This document shows positions 12,161-24,600 of a stretch of DNA of 64,000 nt, piece by piece. The notes beneath the pieces were generated by a model. That model was not told the DNA's origin. It worked only from the letters and a program-made list of their open reading frames with translations, and searched no databases. A program made the translations under genes and the position numbers. Position 1 is the first letter of the stretch, and every line of letters starts with the position of its first letter. The stretch comes from Macrostomum lignano (lineage: Eukaryota): positions 1 through 64,000 of the forward strand of contig NIVC01000128.1 in assembly GCA_002269645.1 (NCBI GenBank). The letters are read 5' to 3'.

Positions 12161-14633
12161 GACAGCTGTCGGGTTAGCTTCTGTTTCTGCTACTACTGTC
12201 AGTAATGGGTGCGGCTATTTTGGCTGTGCATGCAGTAAGTGGAAAGTCAAAGCAATGAAATGAAATGTATTTCAGATAATTTATCAGAAGTCTTATTTAC
12301 TTTTTCTTCATCTGAACTGAGCAAGATATGGCAAGTCGTCAGCATCCAAGACGGTCATGATATATTCTACTATTTCTTTTGGGAATTTCATATAGTTTAT
12401 ATTAAAATACTCTGGTGCGAGACCATCTGCTATATACCGGCCCTTCTATGTACCAAAATTCTTAGGTATTCATAGACTCTTTAATTAGTTTTTCTTTCTT
12501 CTGGAGTTTTAAAGTTTTGACTTTCACACTGCTTAAATTAAATAGTCAAGCGGGGGAGTGACTCAGTTTAATTGATTTAGTAAGTATACAACAGACAGCA
12601 TATTGCACAAAAAAGGAATGTCAACGGCAACCGAAGCAGCGGAATGGAGTCTGAGACCGAATGAAATCGACAACTTGCTTGAGCAGTCGACTAAAAACGA
12701 GGAAGTACTATTTAAATATGTATATACTATATAAATCTAATCTAATCGCCAAAAAACTACTCAATGATAGAAAGTTATTTTAAGAAAGGATTCTAGTACA
12801 ATTAGCTATTTAGAATAAAGAAAATTGCGATTTCGAATAAAAGAAAGAAAAAGAAAGAAGTATAAACTGTATTCTTACTTTTGGATTAAAAAGGCAGATT
12901 TAATATTTAAAAAATCACTATCAGTTATAAAAATAAGCCTCGTTGAAAATTGATGAGCAACAAACTGCATATAATATACTCGTGCATATAATATTGTATT
13001 GCTTACAGCCATAAACTATAATCATAAGTACAAAAAACATTAATTTTTCCGCTGTACGAACAAACTGTAAACAAATGGGAAAATAAGCTGTGTGCATTAA
13101 TTTGTCTGCGAAACTGTCCTAATCATATTTTAAGTACCATTTTTCAATTGTGGAACTCAAGCGATTCTAGCTAATGCTAACATTCTTCATCCGTCCGGCC
13201 CTTCTCCATTAGTTAAAAGAGCTGTCAAGAAGTCAGAAATCAAAGGAAAAGTTTTTTTCAATATGAGCGTGAGCTAACAAACAGCAAAAGTTTTATAATG
13301 TACTACCCCAGCTAATTTTGAAGTTCCACAACAAAACTACTCTATCCATAAGTTAAACATAAAAAATGAGAGAATGTTATGCAATGCACTTTTCCTAATA
13401 AAGCATTTAAAGCTAAAGCCAATAAGCCATTAAAACGAGAAGGAAATAAAACTATGATCGATGTTACCTTTATTTTAGAAAATCCGAAAGAATTTTAAAA
13501 CCTAAATTGTCAAAGGGTAACATTTTTAAAGCAATACTTTCTGCTAAAAAATAAAACTTACTTAATATATATACACAAAGCAAATCTTTTTGCAATTAAG
13601 TACAAATTTTAACCTCAGTTTGAGACTTAAATGTAATAACTTTGTTATGCTACGTACTATAAATAAAACTTTAAAAGCAGAATTTTACAAGAATCGTAAA
13701 ATTGTGTGTCGTGCCATGTTGTGATGAATAAGACGAAGCGAAACACGCTGCTGTCACACAAGTTTGTGTAAAGGTAAAAATGAGCATTGATGTTGAAGAT
13801 TGTAAGATTTTACCAGAAATTTTCTGTAAAAACATTAAAAAATTATGAGCGTTGAATTAACCTAAGCTTAACTCTTGCAATTTTAGCTTCTTTATTTTTA
13901 CCTAACTTACAGTTGAGTTATACCTTCTTAGATTCATAAATCATATGCGCCTTTGTGACATTGTTGCTTTTTTTTTAAAATGGAATACCGTCGAATATGA
14001 ATCAGATTTATATATTATGTCTTTTTTACATATGCCAAGGATCACGAAAGATGGTAGCTAAACATAATCCACACAACAAAAAATCAAATCTGATAGCGAT
14101 GCATCTTGTATCTTAGTAACACTTTCAACACCATACTAGGGGATTACTAGAAGTTTAAATCCTTGTTTAGTAGGCTTTAGACCTTAAGGCATCAAGGTCT
14201 ACAATTTTCCTATATTTTAAACTTCTTAAAATAATGAATGACATCAGCTCCTTAGACTTAAAAGTAGTGATTTTTTATGTTTATGTTTGTATAGGCTTAA
14301 ATTAAATGTATTTTTACTCTTATAGTATGGACAGCTAGTATAATTAATATTCATGGGTAAAAATTTATATACTGGAAATCTATGCCCCTATTGGGTAATG
14401 AGAAAAAACTTTTATAATTAATGTATATAAAAAGGTAGAAAGTTTTATATATTCAATCACTATTGTTAGTTTCTAAAAGAAAATTCTTATAGAATGCTCT
14501 TTAGAATGACAATTTACTGGTTAAATATGATTTAATTAATATTATAATGAAAAAATAACAAATTTTATTTGTCTTTGTTCAAAAAAAGGTTTTTCCTATT
14601 ATTGCATGCTCAATCCAGCCAAAACTTTTGTCA

Positions 14634-17600
14634 ATGCCACCTGAAGTTTCACCTAAAATGAGGCATCTTGAGTCAGAGGCCTCTTTATATAAGTTGGATG
14701 CTCTAGATAGCAACTGGTATGCCATTGTGATTCCAGGAAATCCAGGAATAGTGGGTTACTATGAAGAATTCATGCACTCTCTCTGGACAAAACTGGATGG
14801 CCAAGTCCATGTCTGGGCTCTCAGCCATCGTGGCCATGGGGACTCCTTCAATTCTAGCAAGAAGTTTTCTCTTGCTAAGCAAGTTGAACACAAAGTAAAA
14901 TTCCTGGAAACTGCTCTACCTGAAGATGTAAGACGTTAAGCCTCACTTTGCTCTGCTATCCAAGTTATTTTGTATGTAATCACCCAGTCTTCTTAGGGGA
15001 CTTTCTCAACCCCAAATGACTGGCCTTGAAAATATCTCCAGACTCCCAGATCCCCATGTTACAGGAAGCTCAGTATCCCAGATCCCCATGTTACAGGAAG
15101 CTCAGTATCCCAGATCCCTATAATTTAAGAGCCCCGGTCTCCCAGATCCCCATACTCCAGGTGCCACAGTCTCCCAGATCCCATACTTCAGGAGTCCCGG
15201 TCTCCCAGATCCCCATGCTTCAGGAGTCCCGGTCTCCCAAATCCCCATGCTTCAGGAGTCCCAGTCTCTCAGATCCCATACTTCAGTAGCCTCAGTCTCC
15301 CAGATCCCCATGCTTCAGGGGTCCCGGTCTCCCAGATCCCCATACTTCAGGAGTCCCGGTCTCCCAGATCCCCATACTTCAGGCAGGAGCCCCAGTCTCC
15401 AAGATCCCCATACGTCAGGAGCCCCAGTGTCCCAGATCCCCATACTTCAGTAGCCTCAGTCTCCCAGATCCCCATACTTCAGGAGCCCCAGTCTCCCAGA
15501 TCCCCATACTTCAGGAGCCCCAGTCTCCCAGATCCCCATACTTCAGAAGCCCCAGTCTCCCAGATCCCTATACTTCAGGAGCCCCAGTGTCCCAGATCCC
15601 CATACTTCAGGAGCCCCAGTGTCCCAGATCCCCATACTTCAGGAGCCCCAGTGTCCCAGATCCCCATACTTCAGGAGCCCCAGTGTCCCAGATCCCCATA
15701 CTTTAGGAGCCCCAGTGTCCCAGATCCCCATACTTCAGGAGCCCCAGTCTCCAAGATCCCCATACTTCAGGAGCCCCAGTCTCCAAGATCCCCATACTTC
15801 AGGAGCCCCAGTCTCCCAGATCCCTATACTTCAGGAGCCCCAGTGTCCCAGATCCCCATACTTCAGGAGCCCCAGTGTCCCAGATCCCCATACTTCAGGA
15901 GCCCCAGTCTCCAAGATCCCCATACTTCAGGAGCCCCAGTCTCCCAGATCCCCATACTTCAGGAGCCCCAGTGTCCCAGATCCCCATACTTCAGGAGCCC
16001 CAGTGTCCCAGATCCCCATACTTCAGGAGCCCCAGTGTCCCAGATCCCCATACTTCAGGAGCCCCAGTGTCCCAGATCCCCATACTTCAGGAGCCCCAGT
16101 CTCCAAGATCCCCATACTTCAGGAGCCCCAGTCTCCCAGATCCCCATACTTCAGGAGCCCCAGTGTCCCAGATCCCCATACTTCAGGAGCCCCAGTCTCC
16201 AAGATCCCCATACTTCAGGAGCCCCAGTCTCCAAGATCCCCATACTTCAGGAGCCCCAGTGTCCCAGATCCCCATACTTCAGGAGCCCCAGTGTCCCAGA
16301 TCCCCATACTTCAGGAGCCCCAGTGTCCCAGATCCCCATACTTTAGGAGCCCCAGTGTCCCAGATCCCCATACTTCAGGAGCCCCAGTCTCCAAGATCCC
16401 CATACTTCAGGAGCCCCAGTCTCCAAGATCCCCATACTTCAGGAGCCCCAGTCTCCCAGATCCCTATACTTCAGGAGCCCCAGTGTCCCAGATCCCCATA
16501 CTTCAGGAGCCCCAGTGTCCCAGATCCCCATACTTCAGGAGCCCCAGTCTCCCAGATCCCCATACTTCAGGAGCCCCAGTGTCCCAGATCCCCATACTTC
16601 AGGAGCCCCAGTGTCCCAGATCCCCATACTTCAGGAGCCCCAGTGTCCCAGATCCCCATACTTCAGGAGCCCCAGTGTCCCAGATCCCCATACTTCAGGA
16701 GCCCCAGTCTCCAAGATCCCCATACTTCAGGAGCCCCAGTCTCCCAGATCCCCATACTTCAGGAGCCCCAGTGTCCCAGATCCCCATACTTCAGGAGCCC
16801 CAGTCTCCAAGATCCCCATACTTCAGGAGCCCCAGTCTCCAAGATCCCCATACTTCAGGAGCCCCAGTGTCCCAGATCCCCATACTTCAGGATCCCCAGT
16901 CTCCAAGATCCCCATACTTCAGGAGCCCCAGTCTCCCAGATCCCCATACTTCAGGAGCCCCAGTGTCCAAGATCCCCATACTTCAGGAGCCCCAGTGTCC
17001 CAGATCCCCATACTTCAGGAGCCCCAGTGTCCCAGATCCCCATACTTCAGGAGCCCCAGTGTCCCAGATCCCCATTCTTCAGGAGCCCCAGTCTCCCAGA
17101 TCCCCATACTTCAGGAGCCCCAGTCTCCCAGATCCCCATACTTCAGGAGCCCCAGTGTCCCAGATCCCCATACTTCAGGAGCCCCAGTGTCCCAGATCCC
17201 CATACTTCAGGAGCCCCAGTCTCCCAGATCCCTATACTTCAGGAGCCCCAGTGTCCCAGATCCCCATACTTCAGGAGCCCCAGTGTCCCAGATCCCCATA
17301 CTTCAGGAGCCCCAGTCTCCAAGATCCCCATACTTCAGGAGCCCCAGTGTCCCAGATCCCCATACTTCAGGAGCCCCAGTGTCTGATGCACGGCATTGCA
17401 GGCAAAAATGGTGCTGATCGGGCACTCAATCGGGTGCCAGATGATCCTGGAGCTGCTTCGTCGCCAAGCCCGCGGCACCGACAGGGTGGCCCGCTGCCTG
17501 CTGCTGTTCCCCACCATCGAGCGGATGCGCGAATCGCCGCAGGGCCGCATCGTCGCTCCGCTGCTGTCGCTGGCACCGCTCCGCTGGCTGGCGATGGCGC

Positions 17601-18019
17601 TGGTCGCCCTGCTGTCTCTGCTGATTCCTCTGGCCTGGCGCCGGGGCTTCGCCGCGCGCTGTCTCAGCGCAGTTGGCCATTCTAACGCCAACCCGGGCGC
17701 CGTGATGGCCACTGAGCGCCTGTTGCTATCGCCTAGCGTCCTTGGCAACGTGCTGTACATGGCGCACACGGAGATGCAGGACGTCCGCCAGCCGGACTTG
17801 GCCACCATCAGGCAGCACAGCCAGCGGATCCTGCTGTACTACGGCGCTGACGATCACTGGTGTCCCACCGAATACTTCGCTGACATGCGTCGCAGCTGCC
17901 CGGAGGTCGACGCCAGACTAGACGAAGGCGACGTTGCCCACGCCTTCGTGCTGGAGCATTCAGTTGAAATGGCCGATCTGTGCGCCGGCTGGGTGCGCGA
18001 GTGCACGACTGCGCGCTGA
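14634..18019 (+). CDS. LDAH: Lipid droplet-associated hydrolase (DUF2305 alpha/beta hydrolase), 2 exons, 303 aa
   Basis: Exon 1 (14634-14927) contains IPGNPG..YY..F and SHRGH, FSL..QVEHK. A phase-0 GT-AG intron joins it to exon 2 (17402-18019), which has the nucleophile motif IGHSIG, LLFPTIERM, YYGADDHWCP and HAFVL. Confidence 0.93.
15030..17383. repeat. 32-bp minisatellite GTCCCAGATCCCCATACTTCAGGAGCCCCAGT (~73 copies) filling the LDAH intron
   Basis: Period 32, with a degenerate 5' edge. Generates the spurious 231-688 aa ORFs. Confidence 0.97.
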
Positions 18020-18100
18020 GCTGGCGCCGCTCAATAACTCACTTTTATCCGCGTGCTGCTTTTGTGGTTATCCAAAGTCGTGCCTTGCCTGCCGCCCCCC

Positions 18101-18672
18101 CAAGGACCTCTGTAGTATGACAGGACGCAAGACTTGAAGGTCGTGTCATTTTTGGAGGCCGATTTCCTAAAAAGATTACACCGTGGAGGTCTTATTTTCA
18201 TATTGTTCCTTGTTGAATTAAGTGCGTTTGTACTAAGGCCTTGGCTTAAGTTGCTAAAGACTAGGTCAACAACAATATAAAAAATGATATTGGTAAACAT
18301 AGTCTACATTTAATTATTTAGACAGGTCTAGGAATCTATATAAATAAATCGAAAATGTTTTCTCAAAGTTTACTAAAGTTAACTAAATCTAAATCTAAAA
18401 GAAGGAACAAAAGAAAAAATATTCACTTATGAGTATTTACAACTTTTGGCTTGGGATTTTGAAATAAAAAGAGACCAATATGAAAATAAAACTTTCATTA
18501 CACAACTATATAAAATACAACAACATTTTTGCACCGTAAATCAAAAGAATGGTAATCTTCACTGCCCCAGATCATTTGCAATCGTTGATTTTTTGATGAA
18601 AAAAAAATGATTTTTTCCAGGAAATCACCCTCCAAAAATGACACGAGTCCTGTTATACTACAGTGTTCCTTG
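18101..18672. mobile_element. Non-autonomous TIR element (MITE-like), copy 2
   Basis: CAAGGACCTCTGTAGTATGACAGGAC at 18101 and GTCCTGTTATACTACAGTGTTCCTTG ending at 18672. Shares internal TTGGCTTGGGA...CAATATGAAAAT and AATGGTAATCTTCACTGCCCCAGATCA with copy 1. Confidence 0.75.
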
Positions 18673-18702
18673 TCCCACCCTTTCCTAGATCCTCTGGTGG
18701 GC

Positions 18703-18895
18703 TGCCACCCCTCCCCAGGGCTGCCACCCCTCCTCAGGGTTGCGACCCCTCCCCAGGCCTGCCACCCCTCCCCAGGGCAGGGCTGCCACCCCTCCTCAGG
18801 GTTGCGACCCCTCCCCAGGCCTGCCACCCCTCCCCAGGGCTGCCACCCCTCCTCAGGGTTGCGACCCCTCCCCAGGCCTGCCACCCCTCTCCGAG
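18703..18895. repeat. GC-rich ~19-bp-based minisatellite (CCACCCCTCCCCAGGGCTG variants)
   Basis: Tandem degenerate units with a higher-order repeat. Confidence 0.85.
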
Positions 18896-19299
18896 GGTTC
18901 CCACCTGTCCAAATATTCTCTGGTGGATTGCCACCCCTTCCCCAATTCCCAAATAGAAAACGGACATTCCTATTTACCTTGATTTCATTGATTTACCGAC
19001 TGGAACAAATTGACAAAATATGTTCTAGTTGATTTATTTGTTTCTGTAACAGTGTGCTACTTGCGAACGAAGTAGTCTGTATCGATTTTTTAAACTGATA
19101 TTCTTTGTCGTAAGTAGTTGAATTTTGATCTAACTAGCATACGATACGAGACAATATACTCGTACCCAATTTAACTGATTTTTATTCAATAATTTTCTAG
19201 TCTAATTGATCATTGTAAACAATTGATTCGCTGTTAAAATGATCAGGGTTTTGATTTATTTTTATTTACGTAGATATAAATTCGAAATCAACCCTAAAT

Positions 19300-19925
19300 T
19301 CACCAATCTGAATACAGAATTCACCAATCTGAATACAGAACTCACCAATCTGAATACAGAACTCACCAATCTGAATACAGAATTCACCAATGTGAATACA
19401 GAATTCCCCGATCTGAATACAGAATTCACCAATGTGAATACAGAATTCACCAATCTGAATACAGAATTCCCCGATCTGAATACAGAATTCACCAATGTGA
19501 ATACAGAATTCACCAATGTGAATACAGAATTCACCAATCTGAATACAGAATTCACCAATCTGAATACAGAATTCACCAATGTGAATACAGAAATTCACCA
19601 ATCTGAATACAGAATTCCCCGATCTGAATACAGAATTCACCAATGTGAATACAGAATTCACCAATCTGAATACAGAATTCACCAATGTGAATACAGAAAT
19701 TCACCAATCTGAATACAGAATTCACCAATCTGAATACAGAAATTCACCAATCTGAATACAGAAATTCACCAATCTGAATACAGAATTCACCAATGTGAAT
19801 ACAGAATTCACCAATCTGAATACAGAAATTCACCAATCTGAATACAGAAATTCACCAATCTGAATACAGAATTCACCAATCTGAATACAGAATTCCCCGA
19901 TCTGAATACAGAATTCACCAATCTA
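19300..19925. repeat. 21-bp minisatellite TTCACCAATCTGAATACAGAA
   Basis: About 30 copies. Source of the TNLNTEF ORFs. Confidence 0.95.
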
Positions 19926-20487
19926 AATAAAGATCTCACCAACTCATTACCTAATTTAACAAACGGTTACCTAAGAGTGACGGGGAAAAGCGGTGTTAAA
20001 TTTAGCGACCACAGCTGCTCACAGTGTGAGCACACACGCAGTGGTTCCATGAGCACGGCTACTTAATTGCAGTCGCGCGCTTGAACAAAATTCTTCGTAA
20101 AAAGCGTTTCGTTTAATTAGCATAAATTATGCAGCGGCTAGCAAATAGTGTCTAGAGAGAAGGAACAGATTTCTCCACTTTTCGTGCGGGCCAGCTTGTA
20201 ACTGGGCTGTGCACTTTGGACCTCCACCTAGCCTAGCTCTTCAGAGCTGCCCGCTAGTTAATATTACATGAGACAGTCTGGGAGGGGGGCTGCTGCGGTT
20301 CGACTGGGCACCGGATCTATTGATAACTCGCGAATTGATTGATTGATGGACTGCCGGAGCTGTGAGAGCCAAATGACATTGGTAAAAATGGTCTGTGTGG
20401 GCCATTCTTGCTCTGTTTCTGGCTAAATAGTAGGGACCCTTTTAGGAGGAACTGTCAGTCTTATCCTCAGTGTTAGGGAATAGTCAG

Positions 20488-21210
20488 TGGGGAATCCTCA
20501 ATGTGGGGAATTCTCGATGTAGGGAAACCTCGATGTGGGGAATCCTCAGCGTGGGGGAATAGTTAGTGAGGATAATCTTCTGGGTGGGGGAATCCTCAGT
20601 GAAGGGAATCCTCAGTGTGAGGAATCCTCAGTGAGGGGAATCCTCAGTGAGGGGAATCCTCATTGTGGAGAATCCTCAGTGTGGGGAATCCTCAGTGTGG
20701 GGAATCCTCAGTGTGGGAATCCTCGGTGTGGGAATCCTCGGTGTGGGAAATCCTCAGTGTGGGGAATCCTCATTGTGGGGAATCCTCAGTGTGGGGAATC
20801 CTTATTGTGGGGAATCCTTATTGTGGAGAATCCTCAGTGTGGGGAATCCTTATTGTGGAGAATCCTCAGTGTGGGGAATCCTCATTGTGGGAATCCTCAG
20901 TGTGGGGAATCCTCAGTGTGGGGAATCCTCATTGTGGAGAATCCTCAGTGTGGGGAATCCTTATTGTGGAGAATCCTCAGTGTGGAGAATCCTCAGTGTG
21001 GGGAATCCTTATTGTGGAGAATCCTCAGTGTGGGGAATCCTCAGTGTGGGAATCCTCGGTGTGGGGAATCCTCAGTGTGGGGAATCCTCATTGTGGAGAA
21101 TCCTCAGTGTGGGGAATCCTTATTGTGGAGAATCCTCAGTGTGGGGAATCCTCAGTGTGTGGAATCTTCAGTGTGGAGAATCCTCGGAGGGGGGAGTCCT
21201 CAATGTGGAG
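20488..21210. repeat. ~16-17 bp minisatellite GGGGAATCCTCAGTGT
   Basis: Tandem degenerate copies. Confidence 0.93.
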
Positions 21211-21627
21211 CATCCCCGAGATGACTCTTCAGACTTCTCACTCAAACCTTTAGTACTGCTTTGGCAGAAAAGTCAACATTGAACAATAATTATATAGATA
21301 TTATTTTATATTTAATAAGACTCCGTATTTTTGCGGCAGTGACGGCTTTCCCCTGCTTGTCAATGAGTTGTTAAGCTTTATTTCTCTGTGGAATTGTTGC
21401 GGACACTTGATGGCAGGTGTAACTGTGGTTACTGCTGGGGGTTTACACTTAGTTCGCGAAGGACATTCAAAGCGCTTGGAACAAAAGTGAGATTAATATA
21501 AGTGGGCTGATTCTTAAAATATTATTTTTTATCATCTCTGACATGCGTCTTATGGTCGGGTCCAATGTTAATGTTGCTGGCGTCATCCAGGCCATCCGTT
21601 TGTCCTCGGCTTTCAGCTCCTGGTTGC

Positions 21628-24600
21628 TCACTCTTCATCAGCGTCAGCCCTGCGCCTGGAGAGGGGCGGGAATTTAGTGGGATATTTGATGCTTCGGATA
21701 GGAATCGAACCCGGGGTACCCGGACGCGTTGCCTGTACAGCAGCTTGTTGCTAACCGCTGCCGAATTTGCTTAACCTTGCCGTGCCGGCAGCAAATCATA
21801 GAATTTGATTCTCAACGCAAGATTAATTGCAGACTAAAATTATTTGTCTATTCAGTCTTTAATATTCTAAAATAGACCAAATAAACTCTTCTTAGTTGAT
21901 GAAGCCGAAAGCAATTGAATTAATCCCGACAGCAGACCCGCTCTGTGACTGGGGCGTGACTAAAATTCATTCGGCGATCTGAATGAAAAAGAGAACGATA
22001 AAAAGTCTTCCTTGAGCTGACTGGGACTTCCCTGCCGCCGCAGGGAAGTCCGCATTTGCAGCGCTTAACTTTCTAATGCAGTGCGCGCATTAGCCAAATA
22101 TGGTGCACTCGTTGCCACAGAATTGAAAAAAGACGCAATGGATGAGTCGCGCTCTGGCTTATAGATGAGTGGAATACACATCAGCATGACGTCTCCCATT
22201 CTGACCTCATGTTCCTAGCTTTATGACCTCATGCTCCTAGCTCATGACCTCATACTCCTACATAATGAAATCATAATTCTACCTCATGACCTCATGACCT
22301 CATACTCTTACGTCATGAAGTCATACTCCTACCTCATGACCTCATACTCCTACATCATGAAGTCATACTCCTACATCATGAAGTCATACTCCTACATCAT
22401 GAAGTCATACTCCTACATCATGAAGTCATAGTCCTACATCATGAAGTCACACTCCTACATCATGAAGTCATACTCCTACATCATGAAGTCATACTTCTAC
22501 ATCATGAAGTCATACTCCTACATCATGAAGTCATACTCCTACATCATGAAGTCATACTCCTACATCACGAAGTCATACTCCTACCTCATGACCTCATACA
22601 CCTACATTATGAAGTCATACTCCAACCTCATGACCTCATGATCTCATACTCCTACATCATGAAGTCATACTCCTACATCATGAGGTCATACTCCTACATC
22701 ATGAAGTCATACTCCTACATCATGAAGTCATACTCCTACATCATGAAGTCATACTCCTACATCATGAAGTCATACTCCTACATCATGAAGTCATACTCCT
22801 ACATCATGAAGTCATACTCCTACATCATGAAGTCATACTCCTACATCATGAAGTCATACTCCTACATCATGAAGTCATACTCCTACATCATGAAGTATCT
22901 CATGACCTCGTGCTTTTATTTTTTGACTTCATGGCCCCTTAATATTTCCTCATAACTTCAAAACCAGTTAAATACTGTAATGTATCAGAATTTACCAAGC
23001 TTTAAAATTTACACATTGTGAAAAAATCGCAGAGAGTGAATTCACCCCATATTTTTTGGCCTCTGTGTTGCAGCATCTGTCTTACAAATTATCAAACTCA
23101 CTTCTTCCAGTCGTACGCCATCGGGGCACTGAAGCGCTTCCTAAAAATTTCAAATTAGAAAGACTAATCAGGCGGCGAAGCATTTAACTACTAACAGATA
23201 GGGATAATTACTCTCGCCTTTTATTCATTATTCTGTCTTGTTTCTGGTAATTAGCAACATAAAAGTAAGATTAAAAATATTTTTTAAATTACGCACTTCC
23301 AATCGTAGGCCTGGGGAGCAGAGAACCGCTTCCTATAATTAGAATTTGTATAGGGAATTATAATTGCTTAATTGCAATGCATAATTTATTAAAAATGCGC
23401 ATCACAATTGCAGTTGTAAGCTTGGGCTCACTTCCAGTCGAATGCTTGAGGAGCGGAGAACCGCTTCCTGAAATTAAGTGAAGAAATTTATTGATATGAG
23501 ATGATGGATGCAGATTACTCGTAATGGCCGCTGTGACGCTTATCAAGTGATGGACCCTGGGGTCATGAACTTTCAAGAAGTCATGACCTATCTGCTTTTT
23601 TCTTTCTGCATTGCTGCAGAAATATCTTCCACTGCTGTCCCCCGGTGCTATTCCCACTTCTAGCCTCGATGCTGTCCCTGGTGCTGTCCCTGGTGTTGTC
23701 CCCGGTTTTGTCCCCGGTGTTGTTCCCATGCTGTCCCCGGTGTTGTCCCCGGTGTTGTCCCCGGTGTTGTCCCTGATGTTGTCCCCGGTGTTGTCCCCGG
23801 TGTTGTCCCCGGTGTTGTCCCTGATGTTGTCCCCGGTGTTGTCCCCGGTGCTGTCCCCGGTGTTGTCCCTGATGTTGTCCCTGGTGTTGTCCCTGGTGTT
23901 GTCCCTGGTGTTTTCCCTGGTGCTGTCCCGGTGTTGTCCCTGATGTTGTCCCCGGTGTTGTCCCTGGTGTTGTCCCTGGTGCTGTCCCCGGTGTCGTCCC
24001 TGGTGTTGTCCCCGGTGTTGTCCCTGGTGTTTTCCCTGGTGCTGTCCCGGTGTTGTCCCTGATGTTGTCCCCGGTGTTGCCCCCGGTGCTGTCCCCGTCG
24101 TTGCCCCCCGTGTTGCTCCCTCTGCTGTCCTCGGTGTTGTCCCTGGAGCTGTCCCTGGTACTATCCCGGTTGCTGTCCCTGGTGTTGTCCCTGGTGCTGC
24201 CCCTGGTGTTGTCCCTTGTGCTGTCCCCGGTGCTATCTCTATTCTAGCCAAGGAGTTCGACAAGCGGCAGCAGTTCAGTAGTCCATGAACTGGCCAAACT
24301 CACCTCCAGTCAAAAGCCTGCGGAGCGGAGAATCGCTTTCTAAAATATTAAAAAAGTGTATCAGAGTGTTTTTATTAAAGGCATGGCTTACTACTGATTC
24401 TATAATTATATTTGCACCTATTTATTAATTAGCGAGCCAACTCACCTCCAATCGAATGCCTGTGGAGCGGAGAACCGCTTCCTGAAAATGCGACAAAACC
24501 AAGGCAATAACAAAGGCAGCATTGAGTTCTGCAAGCAATCAAGCAGATTTTCACCGCATCTGGAAAGCGCGCTACTCACCTCCAGTCGAACGCCTGAGGG

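Noticed and set aside
15619-17685. Long SQIPILQEPQ repeat ORFs (231-688 aa)
   Set aside because: They arise from a stop-free 32-bp minisatellite inside the LDAH intron and appear in all plus-strand frames.
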